Assembly (NCBI GenBank): GCA_964449335.1
Contig: CAYUYQ010000002.1
Coordinates: 1 to 43,676, forward strand
Direction of reading: 5' to 3'
Origin: an uncultured Bacteroides sp.
GTDB taxonomy: Bacteria; Bacteroidota; Bacteroidia; Bacteroidales; Muribaculaceae
DNA length: 43,676 bases
Shown: positions 26,586 to 35,658 of the stretch, piece by piece
Layout of the letters: every line of letters starts with the position of its first letter
Numbering within the stretch: the first letter of the stretch is position 1
Position numbers and translations under genes: made by a program
Notes under the pieces: generated by a model
Seen by the model: only the letters and a program-made list of their open reading frames with translations
What the model was told of the DNA's origin: nothing
Databases searched by the model: none

Positions 26586-27926
26586 ATGCGATTATCCATT
26601 CTTGTACCGGTATTAGCCGGGCTCCTCTCCCCTCTTGCATCGATGGCACAGGAGCAGCCTGTGGCTGTTCATCCCGACCGTGCGGTGCCATACACTCCGA
26701 CGGCTGAAATACGTCAGGCTCAAAAAGAATTTGCCGATGCGAAATTCGGTATCTTCCTCCATTGGGGCATCTACAGTATGTTTGGTCAGGGCGAATGGTA
26801 TCTCAATTCCGGACTAAACGCAAAAGAGTATGCCAAAGCTGCCGCCGGATTCTACCCCGCCAACTTCAATGCCCATGACTGGGTGAAGGCAATTAAAGAT
26901 GCAGGTGCAAAGTATATATGTATCACGTCGCGTCATCACGACGGTTTCTCTATGTGGGATACCGACCAGTCGGACTACAATATTGTTGACGCTACTCCAT
27001 TTAAAAGAGACGTTCTGAAAGAACTGGCAGATGAATGTGAAAAACAGGGCGTAAAACTTCACTTCTATTATTCGCATCTCGACTGGACGCGCGAGGATTA
27101 TCCTTGGGGACGCACTGGTCACGGCACCGGACGCGATTCGACAAAGGTTGACCAGAAACACTACAACCGGTTCATGAACAATCAGCTGACCGAACTCCTA
27201 ACCAACTATGGCAAAATCGGAGCCATTTGGTTTGACGGCTGGTGGGATCACGATTATGAAAAAGATACTTTCGTATGGGGACTGCCCGAGCAGTACGCAC
27301 TTATCCACAGCCTTCAGCCGTCGTGTCTCATAGGCAACAACCATCACGTGACGCCCTTCCCCGGCGAAGACATTCAGATTTTTGAGCGCGACCTTCCGGG
27401 CGAAAACAAAGCCGGCCTATCCGGCCAGGAGGTTTCCCGTCTGCCGCTCGAAACGTGCGAGACCATGAATGGCATGTGGGGCTATAAAATCGCCGATCAG
27501 AACTATAAGGACGTCCCCACACTGGTAAGATATCTGGTAAAAGCTGCTGGCATGGGCGCAAACCTGCTGCTCAACATCGGCCCGCAACCCGACGGCAGCT
27601 TACCCGCTACGGCTCTTGACCGTCTGAAAGGTATGGGCGAGTGGACCTCAAAATATGGCGAAACAATTTTCGCTACCGAGGCCGGCGACATCGAGCCACA
27701 GGAGTGGGGCGTGACTACGCGCAAGGGTGACCGCCTGTTTGTCCATGTGTACGACCCTTCGCTAAAGGAGCTTTCACTGCCGCTTAACGTAAAGGTGCAG
27801 GAGGCAAAGCTTTATGCCGACGGCTCAAAAGTAAAATACGCCAAAGGTAAAGATGGTGTCGTAACACTCACTCTCCCCACTGAGATGGATGAAATAGATA
27901 CCGTTATAGAACTGAAAACGAAATAA
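26586..27926 (+). CDS. Alpha-L-fucosidase, GH29, secreted
   Basis: Signal peptide; KFGIFLHWGIYS, TSRHHDGF, YYSHLDW, IWFDGWW (nucleophile Asp) and NLLLNIGP. Confidence 0.93.
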   Translation: MRLSILVPVLAGLLSPLASMAQEQPVAVHPDRAVPYTPTAEIRQAQKEFADAKFGIFLHWGIYSMFGQGEWYLNSGLNAKEYAKAAAGFYPANFNAHDWVKAIKDAGAKYICITSRHHDGFSMWDTDQSDYNIVDATPFKRDVLKELADECEKQGVKLHFYYSHLDWTREDYPWGRTGHGTGRDSTKVDQKHYNRFMNNQLTELLTNYGKIGAIWFDGWWDHDYEKDTFVWGLPEQYALIHSLQPSCLIGNNHHVTPFPGEDIQIFERDLPGENKAGLSGQEVSRLPLETCETMNGMWGYKIADQNYKDVPTLVRYLVKAAGMGANLLLNIGPQPDGSLPATALDRLKGMGEWTSKYGETIFATEAGDIEPQEWGVTTRKGDRLFVHVYDPSLKELSLPLNVKVQEAKLYADGSKVKYAKGKDGVVTLTLPTEMDEIDTVIELKTK

Positions 27927-27931
27927 TCGCA

Positions 27932-28681
27932 ATGAAACGACTGCTTGAAATATGCGCGGCCGACATCCAGAGTGTCCATGCCGCCGCTGAAGCCGGCGCC
28001 GACCGAGTGGAACTTTGCTGCGCTCTTAGTGAGGGCGGATTGACGCCTTCGGCCGGACAGCTCAAAGCGGCTATTGCCGTCAATGGTCCGTTGGTCAATG
28101 TGCTCATTCGTCCGCGTTGCGGCGACTTCGTCTACGATGCCGCTGAAGTCAACGAGATGGTCGCCGACATTGAATTTGCTCGTCAGGCGGGTGCGAATGC
28201 CGTAGTTGTCGGAGCTTTGCGACCCGACGGTGAAATTGACGTCGAAGCATGCCGACGCTTCCGTGAAGCTGCCGGGGATATGAATATGACTTTCCACCGC
28301 GCTTTCGATATGGTGAAGGACCCGTTCCGTTCGCTCGACACAATTGTCAATCTCGGCTTTGACAAGATATTGACTTCAGGCCTTCAGCCCACTGCCGTGG
28401 CAGGAATGGATATGCTTGCCCGTTTGCAGAAGTATGCCGACGGTAGAGTCTCCATTATCGCCGCTTCGGGTGTCAATCCAGATAATGCTGAAACGATACT
28501 CCGCAATACAGGCGTCAACGAGCTTCACGCTTCTTGCTCCCACACCATTGGTAGCCCGATGGAATTCAGAAACGAATCGGCCAAGATGGGCGCCGATGAA
28601 GCCGACGAGTTTTCTCGCTCGACAACGAGCGTCGAAAAAGCGTCACGACTCGCACAAATAGTTCATAATTATAATCCTTAA
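27932..28681 (+). CDS. cutC: CutC family (PF03932) TIM-barrel protein
   Basis: LEICA, GADRVELC, GGLTPS, LIRPRCGDFVY, TFHRAFD, ILTSG and ELHAS. Confidence 0.95.
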   Translation: MKRLLEICAADIQSVHAAAEAGADRVELCCALSEGGLTPSAGQLKAAIAVNGPLVNVLIRPRCGDFVYDAAEVNEMVADIEFARQAGANAVVVGALRPDGEIDVEACRRFREAAGDMNMTFHRAFDMVKDPFRSLDTIVNLGFDKILTSGLQPTAVAGMDMLARLQKYADGRVSIIAASGVNPDNAETILRNTGVNELHASCSHTIGSPMEFRNESAKMGADEADEFSRSTTSVEKASRLAQIVHNYNP

Positions 28682-28693
28682 ACCAGTCCACAA

Positions 28694-31282
28694 ATGAAAA
28701 AATTGCTCATTTCAGCTGCTTTAAGTCTGGCATTGACCGCCCCGGCCAGTGCTCAGATAGCTGATGCAAAAGTAAAGGCTGATTTCGAGAAAAGAAAAAC
28801 CGAGATTAACGACCCGGCACTTTTCGAAATCTTCCAGACAGAGCTCACTCCCCAGGAACGCGAGTGTCTTGAGATGCTTTATGCCTACATGGCTCTCCCC
28901 GACATGACTGACAATTCCGGAGAGTTCTTCAAAACCAACGCACAGTATGCCCTCAAGGCCCGTGAAGAAATGCCCTGGGGTAAGACGGTTCCTGATTTGG
29001 AATTCCGTCATTATGTGCTCCCCGTCCGTATCAACAATGAAGCGCTCGATCTTTCGCGCCCCGTAATCTATGATGCGCTCAAAGACCGCATAAAGGATAT
29101 GCCCATGAAAGAGGCTATCCTCGAAATCAACCACTGGCTCCATGAGAAAGCCACTTATCAGCCCTCCGACAGCCGCACGCATGCTCCCCTCGCGACCATG
29201 AGTTCAGCCATCGGCCGATGCGGTGAGGAATCAACCTTCGGCGTGGCAGCTTTTCGCGCCATGGGTATTCCCGCCCGTCAGGTCTACACTCCTCGCTGGG
29301 CACACACCGACGACAACCATGCATGGGTAGAGGTCTGGGCTGACGGCAAATGGTATTTCCTCGGTGCATGCGAGCCCGAACCGGTGCTCAACAAGGGATG
29401 GTTCAATGCCCCGGCTGCACGCGGCATGCTGATGCACGCCCGCGTGTTCGGTGACTACAACGGCTCCGATATCGTTCTTCAGAAAATCGGTGGTCACACC
29501 GACGTAAACGTTACCGCCAACTACGCTCCTGTCGAAGACATTACCGTAATAGTAACCGATGAGAATGGTAAACCCGTAAAGGATGCGCGCGTTGATTTCC
29601 GCGTTTACAACTACGCTGAGTTTTATCCTGTTGCCTCGCAGGTTACTGACGCTAACGGTAAGGTATCGCTCACGGCCGGTCTGGGCGACGTGCTCATCTG
29701 GGCTTCCGATGGTAAGAAGTTCGGTATCAAGCACGCTACCGTCGGCAAAGGCGAACCCATCAATGTCAAACTCGAAAACACCAAGGGTATGGGCTCAATG
29801 GAAATGCACATTGTTCCTCCGGCACCACGTAATGCCGATGTCCCCGTCAGCAAAGAAATGGCTGCTGAAAACAGCCGTCGCATGACCGTCGAAGATTCAA
29901 TCCGTGGAGCCTACGTCGCAAGTTTCGCTTCCAACACTCAGCAATCTGTTGCCGGCATCCCCGACAGCGTTCTTCACAAGATTCTTATTGATGCTCGCGG
30001 CAATGGCTGGAATCTGCTCAAATATCTCAATTCAGCCACTCCTCAAGAGCGTCAGCGAATCGTGAAACTGCTTAACACGCTTACGATGAAAGACCGCAGC
30101 GACGTCGACACCTCAATACTTGCCGCACATCTGGCTGCTGCCGACGGTGATGATTACGAATATATTATTTCGCCCCGTGTCCTCGTTGAGGCTCTCACGC
30201 CCTATCGTGAAGTGTTCTTGAAGAAGTTCACAGCCGCCGAGCGCCAGCAGTTCAAAGCCAATCCCGAGCTGTGGGCTGACTGGGTTAGGACTCACGTAAA
30301 AGCTGATCAGCACTGGTATCCCGACAACGTCACTATGAGTCCCGCCGCCGTAATGGCTCATCCTGTTACTTCAGCGTTGTCTCGCGACATCTTCTTCGTG
30401 GCCGGCGCTCGCACATTCGGCATTCCGTCGCGCATCGATCCCGTCACCGGTAAGACTCAGTGGAGAGAAGGCAGCGGCCCATGGCATGACGTAATCTTCG
30501 GCGCCCCCGAAGAGGTTAAAGCTTCTACGCCCGGTTCACTGAAACTGACCTTTACCCCCGACAGCCACGTTAAAGATCCCCTCTATTACGTAAACTTCTC
30601 TATCTCTAAGATTGTCGACGGTCGCCCCGAACTCCTGAACTTCGACGAAGGCAACTCATGGAGCAATACCTTCAAAGACGGCATAGCATTTGATCCGGGC
30701 AACTATATGCTCGTTTCCGGCCAGCGTCTTGCCGACGGCAGTGTACTGACCAACGTGACATTCTTCGATGTCGTTTCCGGTCAGGAAGCAGTTGTGCCGC
30801 TGGTAATGCGTCATAATACTGATGAGATTGAGGTTATCGGTTCGTTCAACGCTGAAAGTCTTTTCATCCCGCTTGACTCCGACAAAAAGCAATCGCTTCT
30901 TTCGGCAACCGGCCGCGGCTACTATGTGCTTGGCCTCGTGGCTCCCAACAGCGAGCCTACCAACCACGCTCTGCGCGATATCGCAGCCGTGAAAGCCGAG
31001 CTCGAGCAGTGGGGACGTCCTATCGTTCTGCTCAATGCCGATAAGTCCGACGCTGAAAAGATGAATCTTAAGGCGCTTCCGGCCCTCCCCTCTACCGTTA
31101 TCCGCGGTATTGACCCTGACGATGAAATTGCAAAAGCTCTTATCAAAGAATTTGAACTTTCGGTTGACGGTCGCCCCATCTTCATTGTCGCCGACACGTT
31201 CAACCGTGTTGTCTTCGTAATGCAAGGCTACACCATCGGCCTCGGCCACAAACTCCTCAACGTCGTAAACCGCCTGCAGTAA
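28694..31282 (+). CDS. Secreted transglutaminase-like (PNGase/NGLY1-like) multidomain protein
   Basis: Signal peptide; GRCGEES (C176), RAMGIPARQV, NHAWVEVW (H209), WYFLGACEP; a prealbumin-like beta domain (VTDENGKPVKDARV...TDANG); a degenerate second repeat; a C-terminal thioredoxin-like segment. Confidence 0.85.
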   Translation: MKKLLISAALSLALTAPASAQIADAKVKADFEKRKTEINDPALFEIFQTELTPQERECLEMLYAYMALPDMTDNSGEFFKTNAQYALKAREEMPWGKTVPDLEFRHYVLPVRINNEALDLSRPVIYDALKDRIKDMPMKEAILEINHWLHEKATYQPSDSRTHAPLATMSSAIGRCGEESTFGVAAFRAMGIPARQVYTPRWAHTDDNHAWVEVWADGKWYFLGACEPEPVLNKGWFNAPAARGMLMHARVFGDYNGSDIVLQKIGGHTDVNVTANYAPVEDITVIVTDENGKPVKDARVDFRVYNYAEFYPVASQVTDANGKVSLTAGLGDVLIWASDGKKFGIKHATVGKGEPINVKLENTKGMGSMEMHIVPPAPRNADVPVSKEMAAENSRRMTVEDSIRGAYVASFASNTQQSVAGIPDSVLHKILIDARGNGWNLLKYLNSATPQERQRIVKLLNTLTMKDRSDVDTSILAAHLAAADGDDYEYIISPRVLVEALTPYREVFLKKFTAAERQQFKANPELWADWVRTHVKADQHWYPDNVTMSPAAVMAHPVTSALSRDIFFVAGARTFGIPSRIDPVTGKTQWREGSGPWHDVIFGAPEEVKASTPGSLKLTFTPDSHVKDPLYYVNFSISKIVDGRPELLNFDEGNSWSNTFKDGIAFDPGNYMLVSGQRLADGSVLTNVTFFDVVSGQEAVVPLVMRHNTDEIEVIGSFNAESLFIPLDSDKKQSLLSATGRGYYVLGLVAPNSEPTNHALRDIAAVKAELEQWGRPIVLLNADKSDAEKMNLKALPALPSTVIRGIDPDDEIAKALIKEFELSVDGRPIFIVADTFNRVVFVMQGYTIGLGHKLLNVVNRLQ

Positions 31283-31303
31283 TCCAATCCTACACATAAT
31301 ATT

Positions 31304-31346
31304 CAGTGAGCCAAAATTCCCCATGTTTTTGGCTCACTGTTTTTTT
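31304..31346 (+). terminator. Intrinsic terminator of the fucosidase-cutC-TGase operon
   Basis: cagtgagccaaaa...ttttggctcactg followed by a T7 tract. Confidence 0.85.
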
Positions 31347-31380
31347 ATCAGATAATAGTAACTTAATTGAGGGAAATAGC

Positions 31381-31422
31381 AAATCCCGCCGGAAGCAATC
31401 CAATCAGCTTCCGGCGGGATTT
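31381..31422 (-). terminator. Terminator for the lpx operon
   Basis: aaatcccgccggaagc...gcttccggcgggattt is a perfect 16-bp stem, 24 nt past the lpxA stop. Confidence 0.8.
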
Positions 31423-31446
31423 ATCAAATGGGGTAATTGCTGCGAT

Positions 31447-32223
31447 TTATACGTAGCCGCGGATTATGCCGCGTTTGGAATTACGGATGAATAGGATTAT
31501 TTCGTCGCGCTCTTTCGTGGCGGGTAATTCGGCCTCAATACGCTCAACAGCATCGGAGTTGTTAAGGCCCGACAGATATAGGTAGCGGTAGATTTCCTGA
31601 ATGTCGGCAATCTGATCGTTGGTGAAGCCGCGGCGACGCAGACCGATTGAGTTGACTCCGGCATAGGCTATTGGCTCACGGGCAGCTTTTACGTATGGCG
31701 GAATATCTTTGTTGACAAGCGCACCACCTTGTATCATAACATGAGGACCGATATGGCAGAACTGATGCACAAGCGTGCCACCACCAATGACAGCATAGTT
31801 ATCAACAATCACTTCGCCTGCCAGCTGAGTAGCATTGGACATTATGACATTGTCACCCACAACGCAGTCATGAGCCACGTGGCAGTAAGCCATGATGAGA
31901 CAGTTGCTGCCTACAACGGTCTTGCCTTTTGAGGCCGTACCGCGATTGACCGTAGCGCACTCACGAATCACCGTGTTATCGCCGATAATAGCCACAGTAT
32001 CTTCGCCACGGAACTTCAAATCCTGGGGAATACCCGAAATTACAGCCCCGGGGAAAATGTGACAATTCTTACCGATTCGGGCACCGTCCATAATCGTGAC
32101 ATTGTTGCAGATATGGGTGCCTTCACCTATCTCTACATTGCCTTCAATGGTTACAAACGGTTCTATCACCACACTCGGATGGATTTTAGCCGAGGGATGT
32201 ACGTATGCTAAGGGTTGTTTCAT
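31447..32223 (-). CDS. lpxA: UDP-N-acetylglucosamine acyltransferase
   Basis: Hexapeptide repeats; PQDLKF, IRECATVNRGT, HVAHDC, VHQF and NSIGLRRRGF. Confidence 0.96.
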   Translation of the reverse strand: MKQPLAYVHPSAKIHPSVVIEPFVTIEGNVEIGEGTHICNNVTIMDGARIGKNCHIFPGAVISGIPQDLKFRGEDTVAIIGDNTVIRECATVNRGTASKGKTVVGSNCLIMAYCHVAHDCVVGDNVIMSNATQLAGEVIVDNYAVIGGGTLVHQFCHIGPHVMIQGGALVNKDIPPYVKAAREPIAYAGVNSIGLRRRGFTNDQIADIQEIYRYLYLSGLNNSDAVERIEAELPATKERDEIILFIRNSKRGIIRGYV

Positions 32224-32229
32224 GTGTCT

Positions 32230-33612
32230 TTACTTGTTTTTAATGATTTGAGCCATGAATTCACACTCTGTCACAATCTTGTCGCCTACGAAAGCGTAGC
32301 CTTTCATCACGGCGCAACCGCGACGGAGCGGAGTCATGAATGAAACGTGGAATATGAGTGTATCGCCCGGAACGACTTTCTGGCGGAACTTGACGTTGTC
32401 AATCTTCATGAAGTAGGTTGAGTAGCGCTCCGGTTCATCGACCTGGCTGAGCACAAGCAGTCCACCAGTCTGGGCCATGGCTTCAATCTGAAGCACACCG
32501 GGAAGCACAGGCTCCTGCGGGAAATGGCCGGGGAAAAAAGGTTCGTTGGCAGTGATGTTTTTCATGCCGACAATATAGTTGATGCCTTTCTCAATGATTT
32601 TATCGACAAGCTGGAACGGATAGCGGTGAGGTAGCAGTTCGCGGATTCGCATATTGTCCATCAGCGGGGCCTTGTTGGGATCATAGCTCGGGGCCTGTAT
32701 TTCCTGATGCTTGATATCTTTGCGAATCAATTTCGAGAACTTGGTGTTAATTGTATGTCCGGGCTTGGTTGCAATCACAAAACCCTTAATCGGACGGCCT
32801 GTCAACGCCAGATCGCCGATAAGGTCCATGAGCTTGTGGCGGGCAGGTTCGTTGCTTGCAAACAGCGGACGCTCCTGTACGTAGCCAAGTTCCGAAACAT
32901 TCTTACGGGACACATTCATTGCATCGGCCAGATGGTCGAGCTCTGATTGTTCCATCGGGCGGTCATAAATGACGATAGCATTATCCAAATCGCCACCTTT
33001 AATAAGATTGCCTTTAATCAGTGGCTCGATTTCGCGAACGAATACAAACGTGCGACTCGATGAAATCTCGCTGTCAAAATCGGCCATGCTCTCAAGCGAA
33101 GCGTATTGATTGGGGATAACAGGCGAATCAAATTCGACCTTTACCTCTACTCTGAAATCATCGTCGGGAAGAATCACGATTGATGCACCGGTTTCTTCGT
33201 CCTTAATCTCGGTCTTTCGCTTGATGACATAATATTTCTTGTCGTCATTCTGCTCTTTAAGTCCCGCTTCTTTGATTTTATCGACAAACACACGTGCACT
33301 GCCATCGAGAATCGGCATTTCGGGACCGTCAAGCTCTATCAGCACGTTGTCGATTCCGGCAGCATAGAGGGCAGCCATTGCGTGTTCGATAGTGCTTACT
33401 GTTACATCGCCGTTGGCGATTACCGTACCGCGGGTCGTCTGAACCACGTTTTCGGCAAGCGCAGCAATCATGGGCGAACCCTCAAGGTCGGTGCGCTGCA
33501 GCTTGTAACCATGATTTTCGGGTGCCGGCTTAAATGTGGCGGTGATAACCTTGCCGGTGTGGAGGCCTTTACCACTTACGGTAAAAGTGCTGTCGAGCGT
33601 TATTTGTTTCAT
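32230..33612 (-). CDS. lpxC: Bifunctional LpxC/FabZ
   Basis: LpxC motifs GKGLHTG, TIEHAMAAL, PILDGSA, SRTF and RHKLMDLIGDL fused to FabZ motifs LPHRYPFQLVD and GHFP..PVLPGVLQIEAMAQ. Confidence 0.96.
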   Translation of the reverse strand: MKQITLDSTFTVSGKGLHTGKVITATFKPAPENHGYKLQRTDLEGSPMIAALAENVVQTTRGTVIANGDVTVSTIEHAMAALYAAGIDNVLIELDGPEMPILDGSARVFVDKIKEAGLKEQNDDKKYYVIKRKTEIKDEETGASIVILPDDDFRVEVKVEFDSPVIPNQYASLESMADFDSEISSSRTFVFVREIEPLIKGNLIKGGDLDNAIVIYDRPMEQSELDHLADAMNVSRKNVSELGYVQERPLFASNEPARHKLMDLIGDLALTGRPIKGFVIATKPGHTINTKFSKLIRKDIKHQEIQAPSYDPNKAPLMDNMRIRELLPHRYPFQLVDKIIEKGINYIVGMKNITANEPFFPGHFPQEPVLPGVLQIEAMAQTGGLLVLSQVDEPERYSTYFMKIDNVKFRQKVVPGDTLIFHVSFMTPLRRGCAVMKGYAFVGDKIVTECEFMAQIIKNK

Positions 33613-33622
33613 CGGCTATATT

Positions 33623-34666
33623 TTACTTTTCTAATGTTTTTTTCAGTGATTCAAGTTCTTTCTTGAGCTGATTGACAGCTTTATTGAGTTCGGGCAAACG
33701 CTTGATGTAGATTGTCTGTCGGGCTGCCTCCTTTATATCGATGGCCGGCGCTCCGAAGAGGCGTGAGCCTGAGGGGGCATCCTTATGAAGGCCGCTCTGA
33801 GCCGCAATCTGAACGTCGTCGCCTATCGTGATATGTCCGGCCAAACCGACCTGACCGCCTATCATGCATTGCTTGCCAACTTTCGTCGAACCGGCTACAC
33901 CGGCCTGAGCAGCCATTGCAGTCATTTCGCCTATCACACAATTGTGGCCAATCTGTATAAGATTATCGATTTTCACACCATCTTTAATCTGAGTGCTACC
34001 CATCATGGCACGGTCAATCGTAGTATTGGCTCCTATCTCGACGTCATCACCGATAGCGACGTTGCCAATCTGTGGAATCTTGTCGTAGCCATGGTCTGTC
34101 GGCGCAAATCCGAAACCATCAGCTCCGATTACGGCTCCGGCATGGATTATGCAGCGGTTTCCGACCTTACAGCCATGGTAGATTTTCACTCCGGGATAAA
34201 GCACCGTGTTATCGCCAATCGTCACGTTATCGCCGAGATAGGACTGCGGAAATATCTTGACTCCTTTTCCGAGTTTTACGTTCTTTCCTATATAGGCAAA
34301 TGCGCCGATATATGCGTCGTCAGGCACTGTCACCCCTTCAGCTATATGAACGGGCTCCTCTATACCGGTATAGACCGGAGTCATCATCTGCTGGGCCATC
34401 TGAAGCAGATGGGCAACTGTGGCATAGGGATCATCGACGCGTATAAGCGTGGCCGAGATAGGCTCTTCGGCTACGAAATCCTTGCTCACAAGTACCGCCG
34501 ATGACTTGGTTGAGTAGATGTAGTGGGTATATTTCACATTCGCCAGAAACGAAATGGCGCCGGGTTTTCCCTCTTCAATCTTAGCGAAGTTATTGATTTT
34601 CACGTCTCCGTCGCCTTCAACTGTGCCGTTGCACAGAGCTGCAATCTGACTTGCTGTAAATTCCAT
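33623..34666 (-). CDS. lpxD: UDP-3-O-(3-hydroxyacyl)glucosamine N-acyltransferase
   Basis: MEFTASQIA start at 34666; [26 protein letters not shown] and [11 protein letters not shown]. Confidence 0.95.
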   Translation of the reverse strand: MEFTASQIAALCNGTVEGDGDVKINNFAKIEEGKPGAISFLANVKYTHYIYSTKSSAVLVSKDFVAEEPISATLIRVDDPYATVAHLLQMAQQMMTPVYTGIEEPVHIAEGVTVPDDAYIGAFAYIGKNVKLGKGVKIFPQSYLGDNVTIGDNTVLYPGVKIYHGCKVGNRCIIHAGAVIGADGFGFAPTDHGYDKIPQIGNVAIGDDVEIGANTTIDRAMMGSTQIKDGVKIDNLIQIGHNCVIGEMTAMAAQAGVAGSTKVGKQCMIGGQVGLAGHITIGDDVQIAAQSGLHKDAPSGSRLFGAPAIDIKEAARQTIYIKRLPELNKAVNQLKKELESLKKTLEK

Positions 34667-34738
34667 TGCTTTAATGTTGTTAGCTACTGAAATAAATTGA
34701 TACAAAGGTGGCAATTTTTTTTCAATTTAAGCCTATAA

Positions 34739-35569
34739 TCACTCTAAAAATACGATTCTTCCATCGGCAGAACGCACTTTACCCTCTTTCAACAGATGGC
34801 CAAGAGCCTTTTTAAAGTCCTTTTTGCTACATGACAACCGCTCTTTTATTTCTTCAGGAGACGACTTGTCGCTCAGCGGCAAGCTTCCTTCTGATTCAAT
34901 CAGATCTAAAATCCTCGAAGCAATATCGAGCGTGCGGTCAAGCGATTTTCCACCGGGCGTCAGGTCTATCTTTCCATCGCGACGCACCTGCTTCACTCTG
35001 GCTTCGATCAATTGCCCCGGATGATAGTCACAGAACGTGTCGCTCAGATAAATCATGCCTTTGTGGAGATTATCGACTATACACGGATAGCCCAAATCGT
35101 TCCGCCTGATAATTCGGGCTTTTACAGTTTGACCGACTCGATAATCGGGATAGACATTGCCGAGAAATTTTTCAATTTTCGCCGAGCCGACTATGCGTCC
35201 TGACGCGTCGTCGAGATAGACGTAGACCATATAACGATGGCCCTGCTTCATCTGCAATTTCATTTCAGAAAACGGAACGAGAAGCTGCTTGACCACACCC
35301 CAGTCCATAAATGCTCCGATACGGTTGACGGCCGCACACTCAAGATAGGCAAACTCCCCTACCGTAGCGAGCGGGTGCTCTTTCGTTGCGACAAGCCGCT
35401 CCGAGCCATCGCGATAAACAAACACGTCGACCTCCTCGCCTACTTCCAGAGGCGATTCTATATATTTAGCCGGCATGAGTATTTCGCCTGACTCGCCGCC
35501 GTCGAGATATACTCCGAAATCGACATGTCGCACGACTTTCAGAGTGTTCCATTTACCTATTTTTATCAT
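34739..35569 (-). CDS. CvfB/YitL family S1-domain RNA-binding protein
   Basis: GVYLDGG...ILMP, GAFMDWG..KQLLVPFSE and the winged-helix end DKSSPEEIK...SKKDFKKALGHLLK. Start MIKIGK at 35569, with -7 box TAAATTTG at 35591-35598 (-). Confidence 0.88.
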   Translation of the reverse strand: MIKIGKWNTLKVVRHVDFGVYLDGGESGEILMPAKYIESPLEVGEEVDVFVYRDGSERLVATKEHPLATVGEFAYLECAAVNRIGAFMDWGVVKQLLVPFSEMKLQMKQGHRYMVYVYLDDASGRIVGSAKIEKFLGNVYPDYRVGQTVKARIIRRNDLGYPCIVDNLHKGMIYLSDTFCDYHPGQLIEARVKQVRRDGKIDLTPGGKSLDRTLDIASRILDLIESEGSLPLSDKSSPEEIKERLSCSKKDFKKALGHLLKEGKVRSADGRIVFLE

Positions 35570-35658
35570 TGGTATTCCTAAATTATTGCTCAAATTTAAC
35601 AAAATGTAGCGATATTTGCACAAAATGACATCCACAATCCAATTACGGCATATCAAAG

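Noticed and set aside
30656-31324. 222-aa antisense ORF in the TGase gene (and 33785-34504 opposite lpxD, 41845-42399 opposite rluD)
   Set aside because: Shadow ORFs caused by codon bias of the real genes; no family motifs.
32230-33612. LpxC-FabZ fusion, also FeoA-FeoB fusion, extended S16 and eukaryote-like GT3 glycogen synthase, as possible novelties
   Set aside because: All are well-known Bacteroidota traits.
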